Assembly (NCBI GenBank): GCA_043228905.1
Contig: JBHGNT010000022.1
Location: 12,524,001-12,588,000 of the forward strand
DNA from: Azolla caroliniana
Taxonomy: Eukaryota; Plantae; Polypodiophyta
Direction: 5' to 3'
DNA: 64,000 bases
Of this stretch, positions 1-11,209 are shown in pieces (the first letter of the stretch is position 1; every line of letters starts with the position of its first letter). A program made the position numbers and the translations under genes. Below the pieces are notes generated by a model. The model was given only the letters and a program-made list of their open reading frames with translations. It was not told the origin of the DNA and made no database searches.

Positions 1-262
1 CATTCGGTGTTTTCGAATCTCGAATATAGCCAAGCATGTGGTCATGAATGCATGACACAAGGCAATAGAACACACGGCTTGCGGCCTGCTCACATGTTAG
101 GTAGTCGGTGTGTTCCGGGTTGCGTTGCGTTTCGTGAGCTCCTTTGATGTAGCTCCAGTAACCTTGTCCGACAAGGTACTGATGCGTCTTGTACTCCCAA
201 GATGCGAAGTTTGTTCTATCGAGCTTCTTGGTGGGAAGAGCGCTTCCTATCTGAGTGTTCAT
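1..262 (-). CDS. Ty1/copia Gag N-terminus (runs off the left edge of the window)
   Basis: Manual translation from ATG at 262 is open to position 1: MNTQIGSALPTKKLDRTNFASWEYKTHQYLVGQGYWSYIKGAHE...AASRVFYCLVSCIHDHMLGYIRDSKTP. It lies just downstream of a PBS and LTR. Confidence 0.8.
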   Translation of the reverse strand, partial: MNTQIGSALPTKKLDRTNFASWEYKTHQYLVGQGYWSYIKGAHETQRNPEHTDYLTCEQAASRVFYCLVSCIHDHMLGYIRDSKTPN

Positions 263-390
263 TGTCGAACTTCTTCTACTCTTGATGCGAACTATGCAAA
301 TTGTTGCAACAACGATCGATCGTTTCTCTCTGAATATGAGCATGAGCACAACACACGTAAAGGCGATGGGCGTGGATCAAGCTACCACGC

Positions 391-402
391 GCTCTGATAC
401 CA
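391..402 (-). promoter_or_regulatory. Primer-binding site, initiator tRNA-Met
   Basis: gctctgatacca is the reverse complement of TGGTATCAGAGC and directly abuts the LTR end (TTTACA on minus). Confidence 0.9.
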
Positions 403-677
403 TGTAAAGAATGAGACTCGTGGGTGGTGCAACAGAAGCGTACTTTGTGTATGTGTAAGTGTAGTAATACAATAACACAAGAGAGAGAGAGAGAGAGAGC
501 TCTAAACAAGAAAAGTGTGTATTACATCCAACTACAACTAAGTTACAAAAGGTTGGTTTAAATACCAACTAGTCTAGGGCAAATGCCCTTTCTACTAATT
601 ACAGAAATGTCCTAGTAAGTTGTCCACTGCCTATTGTGAACACTATTCCTATGGGAAGTTGAGTTCAATTCTCAACA
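403..677 (-). mobile_element. 5' LTR (~275 bp) of copia family B
   Basis: On minus it reads TGTTGAGAATTGAACTCAACTTCCC...CTTTACA, followed by the PBS. A closely matching start occurs at 45282. Confidence 0.75.
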
Positions 678-1259
678 CAATGTGATTGCTGAGAATATGC
701 GTCGTCACCTATGCGTAGCGCAAAATCGGGTCGCCGAGAGAGGGCATCTGCTTTCCCATGTTGAATGCCCGGTCGAAACTGACAGGAACTAGCGCGGAAG
801 TATTGCTCGACCACAATCGAGTCTCAAGTCACTCTATGAAGGACCAAACATAGAAATGGGAAATAGGTATGATGAATGCACGTACACAAAACAACGATAG
901 AGAACACAAGATGTTTACATGGAAAACCCTAATCGGGAAAAACCACGGAGCCCATGAACTCCGAACTATCACTATATGAGAGGAAATACAAAATGGAAAC
1001 ACAGAGGCAACGGCCTCGTGCTTGCCCTATCACACATTGTGTACGCTCTATCAACACACTATATGTGGTTGCCCTAAGTCATATTTATACTCATGTGACT
1101 TTAGGTCTATTTACAAATATAGCCTCAATGGGCTTACTCTAACATATTTACAAATATGTCCTTGGATCTGGTTTGCACCGGATCCATCCGGATTCACTCC
1201 ATCCGGTTTCCGGGTCTCATCTGGAACCCTTCTAGATCCGATTCCTTCATCCGGCTCGT

Positions 1260-1745
1260 CCGGTTCTCATCCGGATCCCATTCGGAGGGACCGAATTCCC
1301 CTTCACTCCGGCATGGGATTTCTTGTTAATCCGATCCGTCTTCAGCATGCATTGTCACGTTGTTACACGCGTGCGTGTAGAAGGGGCGGGACCACGTGGG
1401 TCTCGGATGAGAGAGAGATGGAGTATGGAAGGGTTTCCGGATACGTACAGGGAGCAACCGTATGGGAGAGGGAAAACTACGCGTCCGGTTCTCATCCGGA
1501 TCCCATTCGGAGGGACCGAATTCCCCTTCACTCCGGCATGGGATTTCTTGTTAATCCAATCCGTCTTCAGCACGCGTTGTTACGCACGTGCGTGTAGAAG
1601 GGGCGGGACCACGTGGGTCTCGGACGAGAGAGAGATGGAGTATGGAAGGTCAAGCCTCACTTCTTCCCGCGATCGGCCAAGACACCAACCAGAGTGTTTC
1701 CGGATATGTACAGGGAGCAACCGTATGGGAGAGGGAAAAGTGCGC
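1260..1745. repeat. Direct duplication (~225 bp) of a copia-end/solo-LTR junction
   Basis: ccggttctcatccggatcccattcggagggacc...gggagagggaaaa occurs at 1260 and again at 1485. The first copy lacks an internal segment of ~45 bp. Confidence 0.85.
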
Positions 1746-2339
1746 GCACGCAATACTTACTAGGCACACGCATCCTATGTACAGAAACTAGAAAGAAGGA
1801 ACTCCAAAGACACCAACAAAGACACAGATGCACAGAACTTCAATATATATATATATGTATGTACAAGAGAAAGATACAACTCCGGCTCTGAGCCGGACTG
1901 AGTTAGGCTAGGTCACAACAGCAGTTTACCGCCAAGCCGCTGTCGGGGAGCTCTCGGGCTCGTCGCGCCGAGCGGGGTCTTGCACAGGAGGCTGAACAGA
2001 AGTAAGCCCCCATAGAACATCCAAGCTCTTCACCGGGCTAAAACCCTAAATAGACACAAAGAAGAAGAACTCAAAGAACTCTAAAGTAAGAAGAAGAAGA
2101 AGAACTAACACACCTTCGACCTAAGTGGTATACCTTCCTAACTCAAAATGGGTAACCCCTTCATAAGTGACCCCTCCCTTCCTTTTATAGCCCAAGGAGG
2201 GAGGGACCTTACAATGTGGGATAAAACTTCCCCTCTTATTTCTATACACCATTTCCTAGTATACATGTGCACATGTTGCACACCACCAATTTGCCCATTC
2301 CACCCCGGTTTCACACCGTAGCCAAAAATCTTCACGACA
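1578..2339 (-). mobile_element. Solo LTR (762 bp) with 4-bp TSD
   Basis: Ends are TGTTACG...CACGACA, flanked by gcgt/gtgt. Removing it restores copia ttcagcacgcgtccaac. It is homologous to 57506-58560. Confidence 0.7.
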
Positions 2340-2964
2340 GTGTCCAACTTGTCGGTTGAGAGCACCTTGGTTAGCATATCCGATCTGTTCTCCTTTGTGT
2401 GGATCTTCGTCAGCACGAAGTGTTGATCTTCTACCTTCTCTCGGAGCCAGTGATATCTCCTCTAGATGTGCTTTGTTCGGGAATGGTAGGCCGCATTCTT
2501 CGCAAGGTGGATGGCACTCTGACTGTTGCAGTAGAGCCGGTATTCCTCCTGTCGGATTCCTAGCTCCTTGATGAAGTCCTTCATCCATATTACTTCCTTG
2601 CCAGCTTCCACAACTGCCATATACTCCGCTTCCGTTGTTGATAGTGCAACGGACTTCTGCAGCCTCGACAACCATGATACGGCTCCCCCCGCATAAGTCA
2701 TGACATATCTAGATGTAGACCGGTTGGTATCCGCATTAGCCGACATATCCGAATTCGTGAATCCTTGAAATTGGGGTTTATCGGAGCCAAACCGGAGGCA
2801 CATACTCGAGGTGCCTTTCAGATACCAGAGTATCCACTTGACTGCGTTCTAGTGCTCTCTTCCCGGATTGCTCATAAACCGGCTGACTACTCCAATAGCA
2901 TATGCAATATCCGTCCGGGTGCACACCATTGCATACATTATGCTTCCGACGGTAGAGGCATATG

Positions 2965-3579
2965 TGTTGAACAACAGGGCTCGGCCACAACCGAGGAATA
3001 GAATCAACTCACAGAAGACAGGAAATACAAAATGCTCAAAGACAATAGAGAGAAGAGTACACAGGATGTTTTACGTGGAAAAACCCTAAATGGGAAAAAC
3101 CACGGGAGTCCTCAAACTCCAACTATCACTATGCACAGAGATGTACAATGGTGATGCTACAAGGCAACAACCTTGAGCTCACTGCCTTCGCCACAGGTGG
3201 CGGTATTAGACAGAGGCGTCGACCTCTTCGTTCCTCTCTCTCTCTCTCTCTCGGCTGCTCTCACTTTGCTCTCTCTCGGCTGAAAAAACATAAAAATGAG
3301 CAACAACATAAAACTGTTTGCCCTAAGTCATACTTATACACATATGACTTTCGGGCTATTTACAACTATAGCCTCAAGGGCCCTTGGCAAACATATTCAC
3401 AAATATGTCCCCGCACCCGGATCTCTCTCCGGGTACATTCGTCATCCGGCTCCGTAACCGGGGTCTTCATCATCCGGATCCGTATCCGGGTACTCTTCAT
3501 CATCCGGTTCCGTAACCGCAACCGGGCTTGCCGTCATTCATCTCCGGACATCCCATCCGGAGGGACCGAAATCCCAACA
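2965..3579 (-). repeat. 3' LTR of the young copia
   Basis: tgttgaacaac...atcccaaca, a near-identical copy of 7695-8309, with the PPT adjacent. Confidence 0.95.
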
Positions 3580-3589
3580 AACTCCCCCT

Positions 3590-6500
3590 TCACTTCGGCA
3601 TGGGATGTCTCTCCAATCCGACTCTCTTCTGGCACGCTCCCAGCTTGTCGGGTGTGAGCACTTTGGTCAGCATATCTGACCCGTTCTCTTCCGTGTGGAT
3701 CTTCGTCAGCACGAACTCCTGGTCTTCTATCCTTTCCCGGATCCAGTGATATCTTCGCTGGATGTGCTTCGTCCGGGAGTGATAGGCCGCGTTCTTCGCA
3801 AGGTGGATGGCACTCTGACTGTCGCAGTAGAGTCGGTACTCCTCTTGCCGGATACCGAGCTCTCTAATGAAGTCCTTCATCCATATTATTTCCTTGCCGG
3901 CTTCAACAGCCGCCATGTACTCCGCCTCCGTGGTTGACAACACAATCGTCTTCTGCAACCTCGACTGCCACGAAACGGCTCCCCCTGCATATGTCATTAC
4001 GTACCCTGATGTAGACCGGCTGGTATCCGCATCAGCCGACATGTCCGAATCGGTAAATCCATCGAGTTCGGGCTTACCGGAGCCGAATCGGAGGCACACG
4101 TTTGTCGTGCCCTTCAGGTATCGGAGTATCCACTTGACCGCGTTCCAGTGCTCTTTGCCGGGATTGCTCATGTATCAGCTCACCACTCCAACTGCATATC
4201 CTATGTCCGGTCTTGTACACACCATTGCGTACATCAAGCTTCCAACGGCAGAGGCATATGGTACTTTCATCATGTCCTCCTTCTCAGCCTTTGTCTTGGG
4301 GCTTTGCTTGCTTGACAACTTGCAGTTTGCCGGGAGGGTTGACCCGACCGGTCTTGCTTCCGACATGTTGAACCGGTGAAGCACCTTTGTCACGTACTTC
4401 TCCTGTGACAGCCACAACTGCTTCTTCTTCCGGTCCCGGATGATGTGCATCCCTAGTATTTGCCTCGCCGGACCCAGGTCCTTCATTGAGAAGGTTCGGT
4501 GAAGCGCTTTCTTCAGCGTCCGTATCTTGACCTGGTCCCGTCCGACGATCAACATGTCGTCCACGTATAGGAGGAGTATTAGAGAGTCTCCTCCTTCGAA
4601 CTTCTTCACAAACACGCAGTGATCGGACTGCGTTTTGTGGTACCCTTCGTCGGTCATGAAGGAGTCGAACTTCCGGTACCATTGCCGGGGAGCCTGCTTC
4701 AGTCCGTAAAGACTCTTCTTCAACCGGCATACCAGGTGCTCCTTCCCTTTCTTCTCGAATCCTTCCGGTTGCTGCATGTAGATCTCTTCTTCGAGGTCAC
4801 CGTGAAGGAATGCCGTCTTCACGTCCATCTGTTCTACCTCGAGGTCCATGCTTGCCGCTATGCTCAGCACCGTCCGGATGGAGGTCATCTTCACTACCGG
4901 GGCAAATATCTCGTCGAAATCGACGCCCTTCTTCTGCTGGAACCCCTTCACCACGATCCTGGCTTTGTATCTTGGGGTTTTTCCGGCATCTCCCGGTTTC
5001 AGCTTGAACACCCACTTGTTCCGAAGTGCCCGCTTTCCTTTCGGCAACTCCACAAGTTCATATGTGTGGTTCTCATGCAGGGAATCCATCTCCTCCTGCA
5101 TGGCACTTAACCACCTGCGGCTATGGGTGTCAAACTTTGCTTCTTCAAAGCTCTCCGGCTCCCCCTCGTCGGTTAGCAGCACGTGTTCTGGTTCCGGAAA
5201 TCTCCGGGGGGCCCTTCTCTCTCTTAGAGGATATCTCCGTTCCGGAGCTTCGGTAACCGGCTCCTCCGTTTCCTCTTCATCCGAATCCATTTCGGGATCG
5301 GGGCTGGTTCCGGTATCAGTTTCATCCTCCTCGGCCGGTTCTGTTTCTTCACCGTCTTCGGCCGGATCCTCGAGTGCTAACCGGTCCCTTGCCGGTCGGG
5401 ACTGCTCCTCGTAGAGTTGATCCTCACCGGTCGACTTGGAGCTCTTCATCTTCTTCTCCGACTCCCAGTCGGCGAGTGTCTTGTTCTCCATGAAGATGAT
5501 ATCTCGACTCCTGAATATCTTCTTATCGACCGGGTCCCATACTCGGTAGCCGAACTCGTCGTCGCCGTAACCGAGGAATATGCATGGCCGGGTCTTTGGA
5601 TCTAACTTTCCTCTCCGGTCCTTTGCCACATGCACATATGCGAGACACCCGAACACCTTCAGATGCCGGTAGGATACTTCCCTACCGGTCCACACTCTCT
5701 GCGGTGTGTCTCCGTCCAAAGGTACTGAGGGTGATCTGTTTATCACGTATGTCGCCGTCGACATTGCCTCAACCCAAAACCCCTTGGGTAATTTTGCATG
5801 CGCCAGCATACTCCGAACCCTCTCCATTATGGTCCGGTTCATCCTCTCGGCCAGCCCGTTCAGTTCCGGCGTCTTTGGCACGGTAAACTCAAGCCGGATT
5901 CCCTTCGAGCGACAGTACTCCGTGAACTGCCCCCGGTATTCCCCTCCGTTATCCGCTCGTATCGCTTTCAGCTTCTTGCCGGATTCCCTTTCCACTCTCG
6001 CGTGGAGTTCTTTGAAGACGGACAATACTTGGTCCTTTGTCTTCAACGGTGCCGTCCACAACTTCCGGCTATGGTCATCTATGAATGTTACGAAGTATTG
6101 GGCTCCGCCATGTGACTTCGTTTCTACCTGACACACATCAGTGTGCACCAACTCCAATGGTACACTACGTCTCGTCGGTGGCCTTGAGTGGAAGGAGGTT
6201 CGGTTCTGCTTACCGGCCAGGCAATCGGTGCACTTCTCCAGGTGCACATGCTTCACTGGAATAAGGTTGTCTTCTGCAAGCCTCTTCATCCCCTTCTCAC
6301 TCATGTGACACAGTCTCTTGTGCCACAGCGCACCGGCAGTATCGGCTGCCACGTTCAGCTCCTCCGGACATAGCCGGGAATTCATCAGGTACAGCGTGTT
6401 GACCTTCCGGGCCCGAGCCACTATCAGGCTCCCTTTGCTGAACTTCATGACACCGTTTCGGATGCTACCCGTGTAGCCTTCATCGTCTAGCCTCCCGGCC

Positions 6501-7663
6501 GAAATCAGGTTCAATCGAACCTCCGGAACGTGTCGAACATCCTTCAGCAGCATCTTGCATCCGGTTGATGTCATCAGCCACACGTCTCCTATGCCGGTAA
6601 TCCGGCATGTACCTTCATTTCCCATCCGGACACAGCCGTGCTCACCGGCTGTGTAGGATGAGAAGTATTTCTTCTCCGGGGTCAGGTGGAACGACGCTCC
6701 GGAATCGACCACCCAGGTCATCTCTTCATTGGCAAGGTTCAGCTCCCTCTCTTCGGTAATGAGCATTATCTCTTCTTCACTTGCCGCGAGTGCCGTCGTT
6801 CCTTTTCGGTCCTGCCCTCGCCGATCCGGACCTCTCCGGTCCGTGGCTCCTCGGTATGCACCGTTTCTCTCCGGTGACTTCTTCGAATCGGTGTCGTCGG
6901 CTCCGTTGTCCTTTCGGTAATGCCGACAATTCTTCCGGAAGTGCCCCGGCTTCCCACAGTGGAAGCATGTGGGTCTTCCTCTTGACTGCGATCGGGTCCC
7001 CGACTTCTCCCGTCTTTGCGGACTCCGGTTCCATTGTCTTCCCCGTTCCGATTCGGTAAGCAGCGCCTTCGAGTCGGAGGCCGGTTCTTTATCTCTCCGA
7101 CGCGCTTCTTCGTTCAAAATACTTGTCTTTACCGTTTGTAGGGACAAGTTATCTTCGGTGCAGGAGGTGCTGAGAGTCACCACCAAGTTCTCCCAGCTGT
7201 CCGGCAATGTACACATCAGGATGATGGCTTGCATTGCATCCTCCAACGGGAACTTGATCGCCGCAAGCTGGTTCACGAATCCCATGAACGTGCTTACGTG
7301 TTCCACCATGCTCTCGCTGTCCCGGTACTTGAGGTTCACTATCTTTCTCATCAGGGAGGTCCGGTTCAACGCATTCTTCCTCTCGTAGAGGCCCGACAGC
7401 TTCCGCCACATCTCATATGCGTTGGTGTCGTTCACCACGTGTTGTAGAACGCTCACGTCGACGTATTGCCGAATGGTTGCAACGGCTTTCCGGTTCAGAA
7501 GCCTCCATTCCGTCTCAAGTACCCCCTTGGGTATTTCCGACCTGTCGATCGGTTCATACAGGTCCCGAACAATGAGCAGATCCTCCATCTTTATCTTCCA
7601 GTCGGCGTAGTTCTGCGCATTCAGCACCATCATCCCCGGCTGCCCGCTGCTGCCGCCTTCCAT
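3590..7663 (-). pseudogene. Gag-Pol polyprotein (Gag zinc knuckle, PR, INT, RT, RNase H) with one in-frame stop
   Basis: Motifs CFHCGKPGHFRKNC, WVVDSGAS, LWHKRLCH, VHTDV/DNGGEY/AERMN, YVDD and RTKHI. ORFs 4175-7720 and 3590-4171 are in the same frame, separated by TGA at 4175-4177 (VVS*YMSNPG, from CGA). Probable start is ATG 7663. Confidence 0.95.
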
Positions 7664-7694
7664 TTTCTGTGTTACCGTCGCTCTGATACCACTT

Positions 7695-8309
7695 TGTTGA
7701 ACAACAGGGCTCGGCCACAACCGAGGAATAGAATCAACTCACAGAAGACAGGAAATACAAAATGCTCAAAGACAATAGAGAGAAGAGTACACAGGATGTT
7801 TTACGTGGAAAAACCCTAAATGGGAAAAACCACGGGAGTCCTCAAACTCCAACTATCACTATGCACAGAGATGTACAATGGTGATGCTACAAGGCAACAA
7901 CCTTGAGCTCACTGCCTTCGCCACAGGTGGCGGTATTAGACAGAGGCGTCGACCTCTTCGTTCCTCTCTCTCTCTCTCTCTCGGCCGCTCTCACTTTGCT
8001 CTCTCTCGGCTGAAAAAACATAAAAATGAGCAACAACATAAAACTGTTTGCCCTAAGTCATACTTATACACATATGACTTTCGGGCTATTTACAACTATA
8101 GCCTCAAGGGCCCTTGGCAAACATATTCACAAATATGTCCCCGCACCCGGATCTCTCTCCGGGTACATTCGTCATCCGGCTCCGTAACCGGGGTCTTCAT
8201 CATCCTGATCCGTATCCGGGTACTCTTCATCATCCGGTTCCGTAACCGCAACTGGGCTTGCCGTCATTCATCTCCGGACATCCCATCCGGAGGGACCGAA
8301 ATCCCAACA
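7695..8309 (-). repeat. 5' LTR of the young copia
   Basis: Followed on minus by AAG and TGGTATCAGAGC (PBS). Confidence 0.95.
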
Positions 8310-9807
8310 ATATGGTATCTTCGTCATATCCGACTTCTCTGGCTTTGTGTTCGGGCTTTGCTTTCCAGACAACTTGCAATTTTCCGGAAGTGTCGATCCG
8401 ACTGGTTTTGCCTCCGACATGTTGAATTGTTGAAACACCTTTGTCACGTACTTCTCCTGTGACAACCACAACAACTTCTTCGACCGGTCCTGGATGATGT
8501 GCATCCCCAAAATCTGTCTTGCTAGACCCAAATCTTTCATTAAGAAGGTCCGGTTCAGAGCCTTCTTCAGGATTTGGATCTTGACTTGGTCTCATTCAAC
8601 AATGATCATATCATCCATATATAGCAGGAGTATCAGGAAGTCGCCTTCGACAAATTTCTTCACAAACACGTAGTGGTCCGATTGTGTCTTGTGGTACCCT
8701 TGGTCGGTCATGAAGGAGTCGAACTTCTGGTACCATTGCAGGGGAGGTTGCTTCAATCCGTACAAGCCCTTCTTCAGTCGGCACACCAGGCGTTCCTTCC
8801 CTTTCTTCTCAAATCCTTCCGGTTGATGCATGTAGATTTCTTCTTTGAGGTCGCCATGTAGGAATGCCGTCTTAACGTCCAGTTGCTCTACCTCGAGGTC
8901 CATGCTTGCCGCTATGCTCAATACCACCCGGATGGATGTCATCTTTACAACCGGGGCAAAGATCTCATCGAAATCCACACCTTTCTTTTGCTAGAAACCC
9001 TTCACTATGATTTGGGCCTTGTTTCTCGGTGGATTTCCTACGTTTCCTGGTTTTAGCTTGTACACCCACTTGTTCCGGAGTGGTCTCTTCCCTTTCGGCA
9101 ACTCCATCAGTTCATATGTGTGGTTCTCATGTAGGGAATCCATCTCATCCTGCATGGCACTCAACCACTTGCAGCTGTGGGCGTCTCTCTTTGCTTCTTC
9201 AAAGCTTTCCAGCTCCCCCTCATCGGTTAGCAACACATGCTCTGCATCCGAAAATCTCTGGGGGGCTCTTCTCTCTCAGAGAGGATATCTCCGTCCTTGG
9301 TTTCTGACTACCGGTTCCTCCTTTTGTTCCTCATCCTCATCCGATTCGGGATCTTGTCCAGTTCCGGTTTCTTCTTCTTCTTCGGTCGGTTCGGTTTCTT
9401 GTCTGAATCCGGCTGGTTCATCGAGTGTCAATATGTTACTGACTATCTTTCGGTTTTCAACCGGGTAGGTCCTTGTGTCCTCAAACCAATTTTCATTTGA
9501 GGATCTGGAATTCTTCACCTTCTTCTCCGACTCTGAGTCAGCAATGGTCCTATCTTCCATGAAGACTATATCCCGACTCCGGAACACCTTCTTGTCGACC
9601 ATATCCCATACTAGATATTCGAACTCATCATCGGCGTATCCAAGTAATATGCATGGTTGGGTCTTCGGATCCAACTTTGCTCTCTTGTCCTTTGCGACAT
9701 GCACATATGCGAGACATCCAAACACCGTCAGGTGCCGGTAAGATACATCTTTACTGGTCTATACTTTTTGCGGTGTGTCTCCATCCAAGGGTGCTGAGGG
9801 TGATATG

Positions 9808-10492
9808 TATTAGGAAACAGGTCCCTCTAGATGGGAAGTGAGAAGAACAGTACCGATGAGCAAACTCGGCCGAGGCCGAAACCGGATGAGAGTACCCGGC
9901 AAGAGCCGGATGGTGAAGACCTGGTGAGAACCGGATGAGTAGTACCCGGTAAGAGCCGGATGGTGAAGACCCGTTGAGAACCGGATGAGGAGTACCCAGA
10001 AAGAGCCGGATGGTGAAGGCCCGGTGAGAAGTGCTCACCGGATGAAGGGACATATTCGTAAATATGTTTTCTGAGAGGCCATCGGGGCTATATTTGTAAA
10101 TGGCCGAAAAGTCATATTAGTATAAATATGACTTAGGGCAAACTTAGTAAGTAGTTGTCATTCTTGTTGGCGTAAGACTAGAGAGTGCGTAACTGTGTAC
10201 AGAGAGAGTGAGAGAGAGGAAGAGGTCGTTGCCTCTGTTGTAACCGTCGCCTGTGGCGAAGATAGAAAGCTCGAGGTCTTTGCTTCGGTGCTTTACCATT
10301 TGTATATTCTGACATAGTGATAGTTTGCAGTCTGTGGGTTGCCGTGGTTTTTTCCCTAGTTTGGGTTTTCCACGTTAATATCTTGTGTTCCTTTCTCTTC
10401 TCTGTGTCGTGCATCCATTACTCGTTTTCTGTGTTTGATTCTGAGCTCGATTGTGGCCAAGCGTTGTTCATCGGAGCGTGTAGTTCCTGTCA
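9808..10492 (+). mobile_element. Solo LTR, copia family A
   Basis: Ends are T(a)TTAGGAAACAGGTCCC...CCTGTCA, with TSD ATATG at 9803-9807 and 10493-10497. It interrupts host integrase sequence. Confidence 0.85.
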
Positions 10493-10521
10493 ATATGTTT
10501 ATCACATAGGTCGCCGTCATC

Positions 10522-10955
10522 AGTAACAACCGGCAACAGTTTGGTTCGGTTTGAGAGGGTCCAAACCGAATCATTTAAATTTTTTGAAACTTGAACCAAA
10601 CCGAACCGAACCACGAAACCTTTAAACCGAAATGGTAAACATTTTTCAAACCGTTAAACCATTAAATCGTAAAAACCGCGGTTTTGTGGTTTGGTTTCGA
10701 TTTTCAATATATGTCAAATTTTTAATTTTTTAAATTTATAATATTTCATTTTTTTAAAATTTAAAGATGTTCCTAAAATGTAAGAATAAGTTCTAAAAAT
10801 GAAAAGATTGTTTTTTTTTTTTTTAGATTTTTTAAAAATAAAAATAAAAAGTAAAAAATAAAAAACCGTAAAACCGTTTAAACCGCGATTTTTGACTGTT
10901 GAAACCGAACCAAACTGAATCGTTGAAACCGTTAAGCCGTTAAACTACGATTTCG
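10522..10955. mobile_element. Non-autonomous hAT-type MITE remnant
   Basis: Degenerate terminus (ccggcaacagtttggttcggttt), clustered AAACCG/CGGTTT subterminal motifs and an AT-rich core. It resembles the ends of 15193-18559. Confidence 0.55.
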
Positions 10956-11209
10956 GTAAACTCGAGCCGGATTCCCTTCAACCAGCAGTACTCCTCGAAC
11001 TGCCCCTGGTATTCTCCTCCATTATCTGCTCGAACCGCCTTTAGCTTCCGGTTGGTTTCTCTTTCAACCCTCGCGTGGAGCTCCTTGAAGATGGATAGCA
11101 CCTAATCCTTTGTCTTTAGCGGTGAGACCCACAACTTCCGGTTGTGGTCGTCTATGAACATCACGAAGTACTGCGATCCGGCATGTGACTTCGTGTCCAA
11201 GGTTGCCGA

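Larger units (their letters stand above)
2965..8309 (-). mobile_element. Full-length young Ty1/copia LTR retrotransposon (Tnt1/Tork-like), 5345 bp
   Basis: Two 615-bp TG..CA LTRs (2965-3579, 7695-8309) with about 3 differences seen. TSD ATATG (2960-2964, 8310-8314). PBS-Met 7680-7691. PPT AGGGGGAGTT 3580-3589. Confidence 0.97.
759..11205 (-). mobile_element. Old decayed Tnt1-like copia (family A) hosting several nested insertions
   Basis: 3' LTR-like region 759-~1295. RNase H 2340-2964. RT/INT 8310-9807, 10493-10520 and 10955-11205. All are homologous to the intact copy but carry stops and frameshifts. Confidence 0.8.

Noticed and set aside
391-402. tRNA gene
   Set aside because: Only the 12-nt PBS complementary to the tRNA-Met 3' end, with no cloverleaf. 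No tRNA or rRNA genes were recognised in the window.
3148-3657. 169-aa and 194-aa plus-strand ORFs (also 7878-8462)
   Set aside because: Antisense frames through the LTRs. Their near identity only reflects LTR duplication.
4172-4177. Programmed stop-codon readthrough in pol
   Set aside because: It falls on a conserved Arg (CGA) at a CpG, and the decayed siblings have CGG there. Simple deamination is the more likely cause.
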